Source: Patescibacteria group bacterium | GTDB taxonomy: Bacteria; Patescibacteriota; UBA1384; CAJBMM01 | Direction of reading: 5' to 3' | Assembly: GCA_041660565.1 (NCBI GenBank) | Contig: JBAZWC010000001.1 | Coordinates: forward strand, 6,155-70,154 | DNA: 64,000 nucleotides | Shown here: positions 41,263 to 51,365 of the stretch, in pieces | How the letters are laid out: every line of letters starts with the position of its first letter | Position numbering within the stretch: the stretch's first letter is position 1 | Translations under genes and position numbers: made by a program | The notes under the pieces: model-generated | The model's input: only the letters and a program-made list of their open reading frames with translations | Databases searched by the model: none | Told to the model about the DNA's origin: nothing

Positions 41263-43005
41263 ATGAAACCGATATCATTTATTAATCGCGAATCTAATCA
41301 TTTTGCGCCGGATCGTCGTATCGCGGTGATGTTAACGATATTAATGGCGTTCTCGGCGGTGGTGTTAATCCAACTTTTCCGCCGCTCGGTTTTGCAATCA
41401 GGTCTTGCCGAAGCTAAGGCAGAAGCGCAACAGACGGTGCAGGTCAAATTAAACCCGTTTCGCGGGTCAATTTTGGTTAAAGACAAAGACAGCACAGCAA
41501 CTACGCCAATCGCTCTAAACGAGCCACAATCAACCGTAAACGTGGTGCCTAATCAGGTTAAAGACGCTAAAATGGTGGCGCAAAAGTTATCACCTTTAAT
41601 CGGGATGGATGAAGCAGCCCTTTTTGATCTAATCAATAACAAAAAAACCTATATTCCGCCGGTGGCCAAAAAGTTATCGCTTGAAGTTGGCCAGCAAATT
41701 ATCGCGATGCACTTAAATGGGGTGACGGTTTCAATTGATGGTTATCGCACCTATCCCGAAGGCCAGCTAGCCAGCCAGTTACTCGGATTTGTGAATGCGG
41801 AAGGCAACGGCCAGTATGGAGTCGAAGGATACTATAACAACCAGTTGCAAGGGTTTATTGGTAGCATTTTCGGCAAAAAGGATGGTTGGGGGAATACCTA
41901 TATCGACCAAGAGTCGGTTACGAATAACAAAGGGGCGAGTATTGTCTTGACCATTGATCGCGATGTTCAGGCAACGGTGGAGCAGCTGCTTCAAAAATAC
42001 GTGGACGAATTCAAAGCCAAAAGCGGTTCGGTGGTGATTGTAGAGCCTCAAAGTGGCAAGATTATCGCTATGGCCAGTATGCCAACTTATGATCCGAATA
42101 ATTATAACCTAGTTAAATCTGATCAACAAAACGTATTCCAGAATTTGAACGTGTCAAGAACTTTTGAGCCAGGTAGTGTAATGAAAACTATCTCAATTGC
42201 TGGCGCACTAGATTCGGGCAAGGTGCCGATAGATTATACTGGTAATTATGGGTCATCTGTAAATGTGGATGGATTTGAGATTCACACAGCTGATAATAAG
42301 TCGTACGGACACGAAACTGTGGCTGATATCTTGGTTAATTCAGACAACGTGGCCATGGTAGACATTTCGTCAAAAATGGGGCGAGAACTATTAAATGACT
42401 ATATGAATCGTTTCGGTTTTGGGTCAAAAACCGGCATCGATTTAGACTCCGAAGTCGCTGGTTCGTTTCCCGCGCTAAAAAATTGGCGGTCGACAAACCT
42501 GGCTACAATTTCATTCGGACAAGGTATTTCAGTAACCCCTCTACAAATGGCAATGGCATATTCTGCAATTGCTAATAATGGTAAGTTGATGAAGCCGTAC
42601 GTTGTTGGTGAGATTGATTATTCCGATGGCCGAGTAGATAAAACTAAAGCACAAACTGTGCGTCAAGTGGTAGGTTCTAGTGTGGTTCAACAGGTTACTG
42701 ATATGATGGTACAGGTAGTTGATCGAGGCCACGGAAAGCGAGCAGGGGTAACGGGATACAAAGTCGCCGGTAAAACTGGAACAGCCCAAATTGCTAATCC
42801 AGATGGCCCCGGATATGTTGAAGGTAAGAATAACGGCTCGTTTGCCGGTTTTGCCCCCGCCACCGACCCAAAATTTGCGATGTTAGTAACAATAGAAGAG
42901 CCACAAGGGGTACAGTTTGCCGAAAGTTCCGCAGCGCCGCTTTGGGGCGATATTGCGAAATACCTGTTAAAAGATTATTATCGGGTTGCGCCAAACGGAG
43001 GATAG
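41263..43005 (+). CDS. ftsI: peptidoglycan D,D-transpeptidase FtsI (class B PBP)
   Basis: SVMK (SxxK), SDN and KTGT motifs; N-terminal TM. Confidence 0.85.
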   Translation: MKPISFINRESNHFAPDRRIAVMLTILMAFSAVVLIQLFRRSVLQSGLAEAKAEAQQTVQVKLNPFRGSILVKDKDSTATTPIALNEPQSTVNVVPNQVKDAKMVAQKLSPLIGMDEAALFDLINNKKTYIPPVAKKLSLEVGQQIIAMHLNGVTVSIDGYRTYPEGQLASQLLGFVNAEGNGQYGVEGYYNNQLQGFIGSIFGKKDGWGNTYIDQESVTNNKGASIVLTIDRDVQATVEQLLQKYVDEFKAKSGSVVIVEPQSGKIIAMASMPTYDPNNYNLVKSDQQNVFQNLNVSRTFEPGSVMKTISIAGALDSGKVPIDYTGNYGSSVNVDGFEIHTADNKSYGHETVADILVNSDNVAMVDISSKMGRELLNDYMNRFGFGSKTGIDLDSEVAGSFPALKNWRSTNLATISFGQGISVTPLQMAMAYSAIANNGKLMKPYVVGEIDYSDGRVDKTKAQTVRQVVGSSVVQQVTDMMVQVVDRGHGKRAGVTGYKVAGKTGTAQIANPDGPGYVEGKNNGSFAGFAPATDPKFAMLVTIEEPQGVQFAESSAAPLWGDIAKYLLKDYYRVAPNGG

Positions 43006-43037
43006 AGTATAGAATATTGACGATGGATTTCTTTGTT

Positions 43038-43191
43038 TGTCATTTCGACCCGAGGAGTGTGTCAACACGACTACGATGGAGAAATCTAAGAAAAAATCTC
43101 ATCCGCAATTTTAAATTGTAAATTGAAAATTTCAAATTCTTTTGTAAGATCTCTCCACCCTCTCGACAACGCTCGAGGAGTCGAGATGACA
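43038..43191. repeat. MITE-like repeat, family 1, short copy
   Basis: TGTCATTTCGAC ... GTCGAGATGACAA termini with an aatttcaaat core. Confidence 0.6.
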
Positions 43192-43235
43192 AGTCGTGGA
43201 GTATAACAACATTCAAAATTAAAATTGAGGCAATA

Positions 43236-44255
43236 ATGGAATTACTAACTAACAACATTCTCGCTTTGCAGAAAATTTCTTGGCTGACTTTTGGTGCATT
43301 TGCTCTGGCAATGCTATTCACCCCCATTCTGACTGATATTTTATATCGCTATAAGCTAGGCAAGAAAATTCGACAGGGTTCCACTCCAATTTTTTCCATG
43401 CTTCACAAGGGCAAAGAAAACGTGCCTACTATGGGCGGAATCTTAATTTGGTTGCCGGTTATTATTATTACCTTACTATTTAATAATGTGCGCGGGCAAA
43501 CTTGGTTGCCGTTATTTACATTAGTCTGCGCCGCCCTGCTTGGTTTAACCGACGACATCTATAACGTCTTTCGCATTGGGCCAAACGGTGGTGGTATTCG
43601 CACCCGTCACAAATTAATCTGGCTGCTGGCCATCGCTTTTGTTGGCGCATGGTGGTTTTACACTAAACTAGGATGGGGAACTCAATTCGGAATTCACATT
43701 CCGGGATTATCCGACGTGTCTATTGGTTGGTGGTACATCCCGTTGTTTGTCTTTGTAATCGTTGGATTCGCCAATGCCGTCAACATTACCGATGGGCTTG
43801 ATGGTTTAGCGGGTGGGTTAGTGATGTGCGCGTTTGGAGCTTACACCATTATTGCATATGTTAATGGTAGCTATGGGCTAGCCGCTTTTTGTGCCAGTAT
43901 TGTGGGTGCCACGTTGGCATTTCTGTGGTTCAACATCTACCCGGCGCGGTTTATTATGGGAGATACGGGCTCGCTAGCCCTTGGAGCCACGCTTGGCGTG
44001 GTCGCAATGTTAACCAATACAGTTTTTATTTTACCTATCATTGGCTCGGTTTTTGTGATCGAAACGTTATCGGTTATTCTTCAGCTAAGCTATCGTAAAA
44101 TCACGCATGGCAAAAAAATATTTAAAGTTGCACCAATTCATCATCATTTTGAAGCCATTGGCTGGCCCGAACCCAAAGTAACAATGCGCTTTTGGGTTGT
44201 CGGTATGATCTCAGCTGTTATCGGTATCTTGCTTGCTCTTCTTGGCAAAGGATAG
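43236..44255 (+). CDS. mraY: phospho-N-acetylmuramoyl-pentapeptide transferase
   Basis: NAVNITDGLDGLAGG motif; polytopic membrane protein. Confidence 0.9.
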   Translation: MELLTNNILALQKISWLTFGAFALAMLFTPILTDILYRYKLGKKIRQGSTPIFSMLHKGKENVPTMGGILIWLPVIIITLLFNNVRGQTWLPLFTLVCAALLGLTDDIYNVFRIGPNGGGIRTRHKLIWLLAIAFVGAWWFYTKLGWGTQFGIHIPGLSDVSIGWWYIPLFVFVIVGFANAVNITDGLDGLAGGLVMCAFGAYTIIAYVNGSYGLAAFCASIVGATLAFLWFNIYPARFIMGDTGSLALGATLGVVAMLTNTVFILPIIGSVFVIETLSVILQLSYRKITHGKKIFKVAPIHHHFEAIGWPEPKVTMRFWVVGMISAVIGILLALLGKG

Positions 44256-44451
44256 AGTAGAATTTCTAATGTCTAATTACTAATTTCTACCATCACGACC
44301 TATCGTTCCGTTCTCGATCCATGTCATCCCCGACATTATATTCGGGGATCCAAAAATAGAACGATTCTTTTTATGTAGATTCCGGATTAAATCCGGAATG
44401 ACAACATCCCCCAACCACCCCAAAATCCCGAATATGCGCTATAATAGAAAC

Positions 44452-45564
44452 ATGAGATTACGTGACCGCGGGCGAATTGATGTACAACTTGCCACCGCCA
44501 TTTTTGGCTTGGCTGTTTTTGGGTTGTTAATGTTGTACTCAGCCTCGGCTGATCTATCACGCGTGGCTACCGGTAGCGCCACAAATTCCACCTATTACCT
44601 AATCTTACAGCTAGAGGCGTTTGGTGTGGGCATGGTAGCGTGGATATTATTGCAGCTAGTGGATTATCATAAATATCAAAAATGGATGTGGTGGTGGTTT
44701 GGTGTTACTGCAATTCTATTAATTTCTGTTATTTTTATTTCTAAAGGCGAAGTTAACGGAGCCCATCGCTGGATTAGCGTGTTTGGTCAGACTTTCCAGC
44801 CCTCCGAAATTTCTAAACTGACCTTGATATTATTTTTGGCTTCGTGGTTTAGCCGCCAGCAATCTCGCGTGACCAGCTGGACCACCGGTCTTCTGCCATT
44901 TTTGCTCATCATTGGTGCCATTTCAGCGTTGATGTTAAAACAGCGCGATCTAGGGTCGCTCGGGGTTTTGGTCTGTATTGCCGTGGCGATGTATGTGGTG
45001 GCCGGCGCCAAGCTATCCCAAATATCAACGGTCATTTTGGCGATGTGCGCGGTGGTAGTGACAGCAATCAAAATCGCCCCTTATCGTTTAGCCCGCATTA
45101 CCGCATTTTTGAATCCTGATGCAGCGACGCTTGGGACCGGATATCATATCTCGCAAGCAAAAATTTCGATAGGTTTAGGTGGGTTGTGGGGTAAAGGATT
45201 TTTGCAAGGAGTACAAAAGCAAGGTTTTTTGCCCGAGGCGCACACCGACTCGATTTTCGCGGTGGTGGTAGAGGAGCTGGGTTTTTTACGCGCCAGCTTG
45301 GTGGTGCTGGTCTTTGGATTCATAGGATTGCGGGGGCTAAGGGTGGCAAAATACGCGCCGGATATGTTTGGTACGCTTTTAGCGGTAGGCATAACCACTT
45401 GGTTTGTGTCACAGGCACTAATAAACATGTCCGCGATGGTTTCTTTGGTGCCTTTAACCGGCGTGCCGTTGCCGTTTATTAGTTTTGGCCGCTCAGCTCT
45501 GGTTGCGGCATTTATGGCTACGGGGGTGTTGTTAAATATTTCTAGACATATGGAGGCGAAGTGA
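44452..45564 (+). CDS. ftsW: SEDS-family peptidoglycan glycosyltransferase FtsW/RodA
   Basis: SEDS motifs (PEAHTDSIFAVVVEELGF). The ATG at 44452 sits 6 nt after TATAAT. The track ORF start at 44398 lies inside a repeat TIR (ggaATGaca). Confidence 0.85.
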   Translation: MRLRDRGRIDVQLATAIFGLAVFGLLMLYSASADLSRVATGSATNSTYYLILQLEAFGVGMVAWILLQLVDYHKYQKWMWWWFGVTAILLISVIFISKGEVNGAHRWISVFGQTFQPSEISKLTLILFLASWFSRQQSRVTSWTTGLLPFLLIIGAISALMLKQRDLGSLGVLVCIAVAMYVVAGAKLSQISTVILAMCAVVVTAIKIAPYRLARITAFLNPDAATLGTGYHISQAKISIGLGGLWGKGFLQGVQKQGFLPEAHTDSIFAVVVEELGFLRASLVVLVFGFIGLRGLRVAKYAPDMFGTLLAVGITTWFVSQALINMSAMVSLVPLTGVPLPFISFGRSALVAAFMATGVLLNISRHMEAK

Positions 45565-45695
45565 CAGAACAAGCACGAAGCACGAATTTCGAAATTCGAA
45601 AAATTATTAATCCAAAAATTGAATATTCGATTTTGAGATTTATTTCGTATTTCGAGTTTCGTATTTCGAATTTTTATTGATTGTCGGAGAATTAA

Positions 45696-46820
45696 ATGTC
45701 CAAAGAAGAAAATCACAATTTGAGAATAGTGGTAACCGGTGGTGGCAGCGGTGGACACATCACTCCAATTATCGCGGTCATAGCACAGCTGCGAACCAAA
45801 ACCGACGCCCATATTTTATGGTTGGGTGAGAAAAATGGGCTAGATGCCTCAGCGGCAAAGCAAGTGGGGGTGCGTTTCATGCCCGTGGCGGTTGGAAAAT
45901 GGCGTCGGTATTGGTCTGTCGATAACTTAGTCAGCATCGCCAAAACATTTTTGGGATTCTGGCAAGCGCTCGGATATCTAGCTACCTATAAACCCAATGT
46001 GGTTTTCTCTAAAGCAGGTTACGTGGCGGTGCCGGTGGTAATTGCGGCACGCGTGTTAGGAATCAAAGTAATCGCACACGAATCAGATACGGTGATGGGT
46101 GCGGCAAATCGGGTATCAATCGGTTTGAGTCAAACTGTTTGTACCGGGTGGCCGATTGTGAATTATCCCACCAACTTTAGACGCCAATTAATTTACACCG
46201 GGAATCCAACTAAAAAGTACTCAAAAACAATCGATAAAGCCAAGGTTCTTAGTCGCTTTGGATTCACGAACGATATGCCGGTACTACTGATAATGGGGGG
46301 CAGTCAAGGCGCCTTATTTATCAACGAACTAATTTGGCATAACCTTGAGCAACTGGCCGAACATTTTCAGATTATTCATCAGACTGGGGCAAATTACAAA
46401 ATTACGGCCGAAAAATATCGTCAAAAACTGTCTGCCACTTGTAAATCGCGTTATCAGCCGTTTGGTTTTGTGGAACAAAATATGGTTGAGCAGTGGCTAA
46501 CCATTGCAAACCTAGCATTGTTTCGCGCTGGGGCAAACGGTATTGCCGATCTGTCGTATTTTGGCATTCCGGCGGTGCTGATTCCACTACCAAGTGGTGC
46601 TAACAATCATCAGGTTAAAAACGCTGAGGTTTGTGAGAAAGCTGGCGGGGTGGTGATGATGGATCAAAATGGCTTGGATTCGCAAAAATTTGTTGGACAG
46701 TTGTTGCATATCGCATCCGAGAAAAACAAATTACATCAAATGGGTTTGAATATGCAAAAAATTAATCCTAAAGATGCCGATATCAAAATCGCCGAAGTGA
46801 TTCTCAGCGCGGTCAAATAG
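45696..46820 (+). CDS. murG: UDP-GlcNAc:lipid I N-acetylglucosaminyltransferase MurG
   Basis: N-terminal GGTGGH-type motif (VTGGGSGGHITP). Confidence 0.85.
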   Translation: MSKEENHNLRIVVTGGGSGGHITPIIAVIAQLRTKTDAHILWLGEKNGLDASAAKQVGVRFMPVAVGKWRRYWSVDNLVSIAKTFLGFWQALGYLATYKPNVVFSKAGYVAVPVVIAARVLGIKVIAHESDTVMGAANRVSIGLSQTVCTGWPIVNYPTNFRRQLIYTGNPTKKYSKTIDKAKVLSRFGFTNDMPVLLIMGGSQGALFINELIWHNLEQLAEHFQIIHQTGANYKITAEKYRQKLSATCKSRYQPFGFVEQNMVEQWLTIANLALFRAGANGIADLSYFGIPAVLIPLPSGANNHQVKNAEVCEKAGGVVMMDQNGLDSQKFVGQLLHIASEKNKLHQMGLNMQKINPKDADIKIAEVILSAVK

Positions 46821-46950
46821 CATGTCATTCCCGTGAAGACGGGAATCCAGTCTATAAAAGAATTTTCTATCTCTGCTCCGAATCAAGTTCGGGGTGGTTG
46901 GCGCCAGATCCCCAAATAGTCCGCCAGCTGGCAGAGTCGGGGATGACAAA

Positions 46951-48357
46951 CTATTTTGTCAGCTTATTAATCGCGCTGATAATTTTTGGAATAGAGCCGT
47001 CTAGGCTGCCACTGGATTCGATGAGTACAACATCTTTTTTGGAATTTAGGTGGGGAAGTATTTGGTCGCTCAAATTATCTGATTTTTTTAGGGAAATTAC
47101 TTTTTTACCGGTACTTTTTACTCGCTCCACAATTTGCGCTTGTGTTAGTTGATCATGAGTTTCTGACCCGGCGGTTGGTGGTTGGTAAATAAAGACTAGG
47201 TCGGCAAAATCAAACAAACGGTCATACCATTCCAATGCACCGTGATTACGAAAACTAAAAGTGTGTGGTTCAAAAATTACTACAATTCGTTTATCCGGAT
47301 ATTGATCGCGTACTGCTTTAATGCCAGCGGTTGCTTTGGCGTAGGAGCTGCCAAAATCTTCATAAACCGGCATTGGATGAGCGGTTTTTAACTCTAGCCG
47401 TCTAAATAATGGTTTGAATGTGGCTACCGCCTTGGAAATTTGCTCAGGACTGGCTAGCTTTAACTCTAGTAGCCACGCTGCCACGCCAATAATATTTAAC
47501 CAATTATGCTCGCCAAGCAAAGAGGTGGTGATAGGAATAATTTGGTCATGGTGATGAATATCGAATCTGGTTTGGCTACCAATGCTAAACCCACTGCCAT
47601 AATAATCTGCATCAGTATTTTTTAAACTATAATAAATTGCTTGACGATCGCTTTCTTTCACAACCTCGGTGGTGTTCTTTTCGTCAAAATTAGCCACAAT
47701 CACTGCCGATTTAGGTAAAGTTTTTAACAGCTGAACAAATGGTTTTTTGTAACTCTCTATGGTGGGGAAAACATTGTAGTGATCGTGCTCACAACCAGTG
47801 ACTAAAACATTACGAGCGTTTAGATGTAAAAATTTGGCGTCGCTATCCCAATTTGAAGAAGGATATTCATCGCCTTCCATCACAAAAATTTGATCTTTGC
47901 CAACATGGGCGTTTTCATCAAAATTATCCGACAATGCGCCTAAAAAGTAATAAGGATCAAGATTGCTATGAGCTAAAATGTAGGCGGCTAAAGTGGAACA
48001 GGTTGATTTGCCATAACTACCAACCACCACTAAATTGCAGGTATCTTTGGCGATGTCGGCCAGCACCTCTGGGTATGATAAAGTATGATACTTCTTCGCA
48101 AAAACTTCTTTTACCTCTGCATTTTGTTCCGGGGTCAAAGTTGAGTGTTTGCCAATTACTACCATATCCGGATTATCGGGAACGTTATTTTTTTCATACT
48201 TTGTATGAAACTTGATATGATTTTTGATTAAATAATCGCTAATTGGTGGGTAAAATCCTTCATCAGATCCTTCTACCTGCCATCCCTTTTGTTTAAGTAA
48301 AATGGCGGTGGCACTCATTCCCACGCCGCAAATGCCAATAAAATATGCTTTTTTCAT
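46951..48357 (-). CDS. murC: Mur ligase family, most likely UDP-N-acetylmuramate--L-alanine ligase (MurC/Mpl-like)
   Basis: N-terminal YFIGICGVGMSATAILL...GSDE; central Mur-ligase P-loop GSYGKST. Confidence 0.65.
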   Translation of the reverse strand: MKKAYFIGICGVGMSATAILLKQKGWQVEGSDEGFYPPISDYLIKNHIKFHTKYEKNNVPDNPDMVVIGKHSTLTPEQNAEVKEVFAKKYHTLSYPEVLADIAKDTCNLVVVGSYGKSTCSTLAAYILAHSNLDPYYFLGALSDNFDENAHVGKDQIFVMEGDEYPSSNWDSDAKFLHLNARNVLVTGCEHDHYNVFPTIESYKKPFVQLLKTLPKSAVIVANFDEKNTTEVVKESDRQAIYYSLKNTDADYYGSGFSIGSQTRFDIHHHDQIIPITTSLLGEHNWLNIIGVAAWLLELKLASPEQISKAVATFKPLFRRLELKTAHPMPVYEDFGSSYAKATAGIKAVRDQYPDKRIVVIFEPHTFSFRNHGALEWYDRLFDFADLVFIYQPPTAGSETHDQLTQAQIVERVKSTGKKVISLKKSDNLSDQILPHLNSKKDVVLIESSGSLDGSIPKIISAINKLTK

Positions 48358-49109
48358 TGGAATCTTTCCGCTTGACGTTGCTTCCATTCATCTACCAAAT
48401 GTACCTGACGCCCGGCGTCTGAACGGCAACGGTCACGCAACTGATCGCGACTGTCTACCCAGCGCTCACCGTTCCAAAACTCTAACTGATCAAAGTTAGT
48501 TTTATACAAACCTTTATCGCCATAGGCGGTGCCTAAATAATGATATTTTTTGCCATCATCTTTAGCGTATTTAATACAATCGGTCATTAGCCACAACCCA
48601 AGTGAATTGGAAAAATGTTCAAGGTTGTAAAAGGAATAAATATAATGACTCATCTGGTCATCTTGAATCAAAAAACAGTAGCCAAAAACTTCATTATCTT
48701 TTTTGTATTCAATAATGTCGGTAATTACGCCCATATCCAAAATCTGTCTAAACCGACTTTCAGGCATTACTCTTTCGCCAAATCGTTCGCCAAAATAATG
48801 CAGGCAAAAATGGACAAATTTGGGGTCGTGGGTGTCAAATTTAGTAATGGGGATAAGAGTTGATTTTAGATCGTTAAATTTGGCATAGATGCGACGGTTT
48901 TCGCTGTTCATCTGCCAATCATCTAGTTTGATTCGCACGCTACGAGACATATAGTACATATTATTAATGCCTTTGGTGCCGGTGTAGGGTAGGAAGCCGA
49001 GGTTGTAGATATCTGCTAGTTTGTCACCATCTTCGCGTACGGCGTAAGTGGTGTAGCCAAAAGTGTAGGTGCCGTAATCTTGCATTAGTTCGGAATTAAA
49101 TATTTTCAT
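48354..49109 (-). CDS. aminoacyl-tRNA-dependent transferase-like protein (ATE_C / FemABX-like GNAT fold)
   Basis: C-terminal YHYLGTAYGDKGLYKTNFDQLEFWNGERW resembles the Ate1/Bpt C-domain. The true start is ATG at 49107-49109; the longer track ORF runs into repeat DNA. Confidence 0.45.
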   Translation of the reverse strand: MKIFNSELMQDYGTYTFGYTTYAVREDGDKLADIYNLGFLPYTGTKGINNMYYMSRSVRIKLDDWQMNSENRRIYAKFNDLKSTLIPITKFDTHDPKFVHFCLHYFGERFGERVMPESRFRQILDMGVITDIIEYKKDNEVFGYCFLIQDDQMSHYIYSFYNLEHFSNSLGLWLMTDCIKYAKDDGKKYHYLGTAYGDKGLYKTNFDQLEFWNGERWVDSRDQLRDRCRSDAGRQVHLVDEWKQRQAERFQ

Positions 49110-49139
49110 ACGTAAATTATAACATAATATATGGAAATG

Positions 49140-49310
49140 TTCTTTCTTGTTCGAACGCAGCGAGAACTCTGTTGGGGGTGCATGACAGTTCTCGTCGCAG
49201 TGCTCCTCGAACAAGAACAGACTGGATTCTGGACCAGTCTCGACGAGGTTGAGCAGAGGTGGATCAAGCCCAGAATGGCAAAGAATAAGCCCGGGGACGT
49301 CGTGTGACAT
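49140..49310. repeat. palindromic repeat, family 4 (TTCTTGTTCGAAcg...cGAACAAGAA) plus a family 2-like tail
   Basis: TTCTTGTTCGAACGCAGCGAGAACTC...AGTTCTCGTCG...CTCGAACAAGAA. Homologs occur at 58420-58500 and in part at 57395-57430 and 58565-58600. Confidence 0.55.
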
Positions 49311-49319
49311 CCTCGGGCA

Positions 49320-49844
49320 TTAGGCATCCTCCTGTTGGCTGGCACGGAGCAGTACCTCTTCGTCAGGGCGATCAGATGGCCGCAGCAGCCTGGCGGTTTT
49401 GGCAGCCTCGTCCACGGCCAGTTTCCTCGCCAACTCAGCGAGCCTTCTTTCCTCCGCCTGCGCTTTTCGGATGACCTCGGCTTGTTCTACAACGGTAACC
49501 TCGTGGGCGATCTCCTGCTGTTGACGAGTGCCCCACTGTACGGCTGCCTGGCTGGGAGTAACAATCAGGTACTTCCAGAACGCTTTGGCAACCGCCCCGA
49601 TCGAGGGTGAATGTATCCAGCAACATATCAGGAGCAATGTCCACTCCCAAAGTGATCTGTGACTGTGATGCGTGACAAGATCGAATATCGTGACAAATCC
49701 GATGGCCATCCCGAATGCCCATATACCTACCGCGAAACCGCAAGTGCTCTCACCCACCCAATTTGGGACATACATAACGGCACGCCCAAATCGGCGAAGC
49801 TTTCGGCCAAGGTATCGGCCGATTGCTTTCAGCCAAATGTGCAT
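49320..49844 (-). CDS. hypothetical membrane protein (high-GC cassette F)
   Basis: ATG at 49842-49844 after SD aggagg and a TGGACA-17-TAAAAT promoter. Two TM helices then a charged helical tail. Confidence 0.4.
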   Translation of the reverse strand: MHIWLKAIGRYLGRKLRRFGRAVMYVPNWVGESTCGFAVGIWAFGMAIGFVTIFDLVTHHSHRSLWEWTLLLICCWIHSPSIGAVAKAFWKYLIVTPSQAAVQWGTRQQQEIAHEVTVVEQAEVIRKAQAEERRLAELARKLAVDEAAKTARLLRPSDRPDEEVLLRASQQEDA

Positions 49845-50092
49845 CTCCGTGAACCTCCTGTTGAGGGGAACTTGCGGCACGGTGCCACAATGACCATATT
49901 TTACACCATTTTTAGAACTTTGTCCAGTGGTTTGCCACTCTATCCTCCTCACCCGGCCTACGGCCACCCTCTCCTCTAGGAGGAGAGGGAAACCTCGAAA
50001 CCCTTCTCCTCGTTTTGAGGAGAAGGTGCCTGAAAGGCGGATGAGGAGCTACAAATTCTGACTTTTGTTGTTGAAAAGTGTATAATGGCAAT

Positions 50093-51076
50093 ATGAATCA
50101 CGATCAAGTTGAAGAAATTTTAACTAAAAATCTACCAGGGGTGCAACAAAATGTACTTTTGCGCCAATTTACCACCATGCGCGTTGGCGGCGCGAGTGAC
50201 TTCCTGATCGAAGTTTCAAATATCGATGACTTGGTTAAAGCCCTAAAAACCTGTTTTGAAAACGATATTCCTTATATCGTATTAGGCGGTGGAAGCAATG
50301 TCATTGCATCTGATTCCGGTTTTCCCGGGTTGACTATTATTAACCATGCCAATCACATTTCTTTTGTGCTTGAAAAAAGCCAGGTAATGGCTGAATCCGG
50401 CGCTATATTGGCTCAGGTTGTTACAGAAGCGGCAGGGCGAGAACTGGGCGGTTTGGAGTGGTGGTTTGGTTTGCCGGGCACGCTTGGTGGGGCGGTTCAT
50501 AATAACTCAGAGACTTGGGGTCATAGCATGTCTGAGATCGTGAAATCTGTTACCATCCTATTTCCGCCAACAAACGGCGAGGCGGCCAAGATTGAACAAG
50601 TTGATGTGAATTGGATGGGATATGGCTATCGAACCAGTAAGTTGAAACAATGGCACACGGATCAGAAGCCGGTAATATTGTCTGTAACGTTGCAGCTGCG
50701 TCAGCAACGTAAAGATGAAATTTTGCGTCGGATGAAAGAATCCAAACAAGGGCGATGGGATTTGAATCAGCCCAAAGGCATTGCTTCTGCGGGTAGTTAC
50801 TTCAAAAATCCGGGTGGGGCAAGCCACGCCGAAAATGCCGATCGTAAACCGGAAGATTCTGCGGGTTGGCTGCTAGATCAGGTTGGGGCTAAAAAAATGC
50901 GAGTGGGCGACGCTGGGGTAGCCAAAGAACATGCAAATTTTGTCACTAACGGCGGTAAAGCATCGGCGTCTGAAATAAAACAGCTATCAGATAAATTAAA
51001 ACATTTAGTTAAAGAAAAATTCGATATCAATTTAGAAGAAGAAGTCGAATATATTGGCACTTGGGCAAAGCACTAG
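50093..51076 (+). CDS. murB: UDP-N-acetylenolpyruvoylglucosamine reductase
   Basis: FAD-binding N-terminus (FTTMRVGGASDFLIEV). The ATG is 6 nt after an extended -10 TGTATAAT. Confidence 0.85.
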   Translation: MNHDQVEEILTKNLPGVQQNVLLRQFTTMRVGGASDFLIEVSNIDDLVKALKTCFENDIPYIVLGGGSNVIASDSGFPGLTIINHANHISFVLEKSQVMAESGAILAQVVTEAAGRELGGLEWWFGLPGTLGGAVHNNSETWGHSMSEIVKSVTILFPPTNGEAAKIEQVDVNWMGYGYRTSKLKQWHTDQKPVILSVTLQLRQQRKDEILRRMKESKQGRWDLNQPKGIASAGSYFKNPGGASHAENADRKPEDSAGWLLDQVGAKKMRVGDAGVAKEHANFVTNGGKASASEIKQLSDKLKHLVKEKFDINLEEEVEYIGTWAKH

Positions 51077-51083
51077 TATGTGA

Positions 51084-51338
51084 TGTCATTTCGACTCCTC
51101 GAGCATTGTCTCGAGGGTGGAGAAATCTCAAAGAAAGAAAATTTTTAATTTTTAATTTTTAATTTCAAATGAAAGGTAGCCAATTTTTAAATGACTAAAT
51201 AAGGAACCTTTTAAAAATTTAAACATTCGGCACTTATTCATTTAAAATTTAGCCTTTAAAATTTAAAATTTGGATAGGATTTTTTCTTAGATTTCTCCAA
51301 CATAGTCGAGCTGACGCTCTTCTAGGGTCGAAATGACA
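51084..51338. repeat. MITE-like repeat, family 1, full-length copy (about 255 bp)
   Basis: Left TIR TGTCATTTCGACTCCTCGAG...CTCGAGGGTGGAGAAATCT and right ...AGATTTCTCC...GGGTCGAAATGACA, with an AT-rich core shared with 3420-3550. Confidence 0.65.
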
Positions 51339-51365
51339 TATTTTGAAGTTGATTAGAGGAAATTT

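Noticed and set aside
46951-48387. Calling the Mur ligase specifically Mpl (murein peptide ligase) rather than MurC
   Set aside because: The GICG variant resembles Mpl, but the VGMS motif, the 478-aa length and the position in the dcw cluster favour MurC. I cannot distinguish them by eye, so I left it as MurC/Mpl family.
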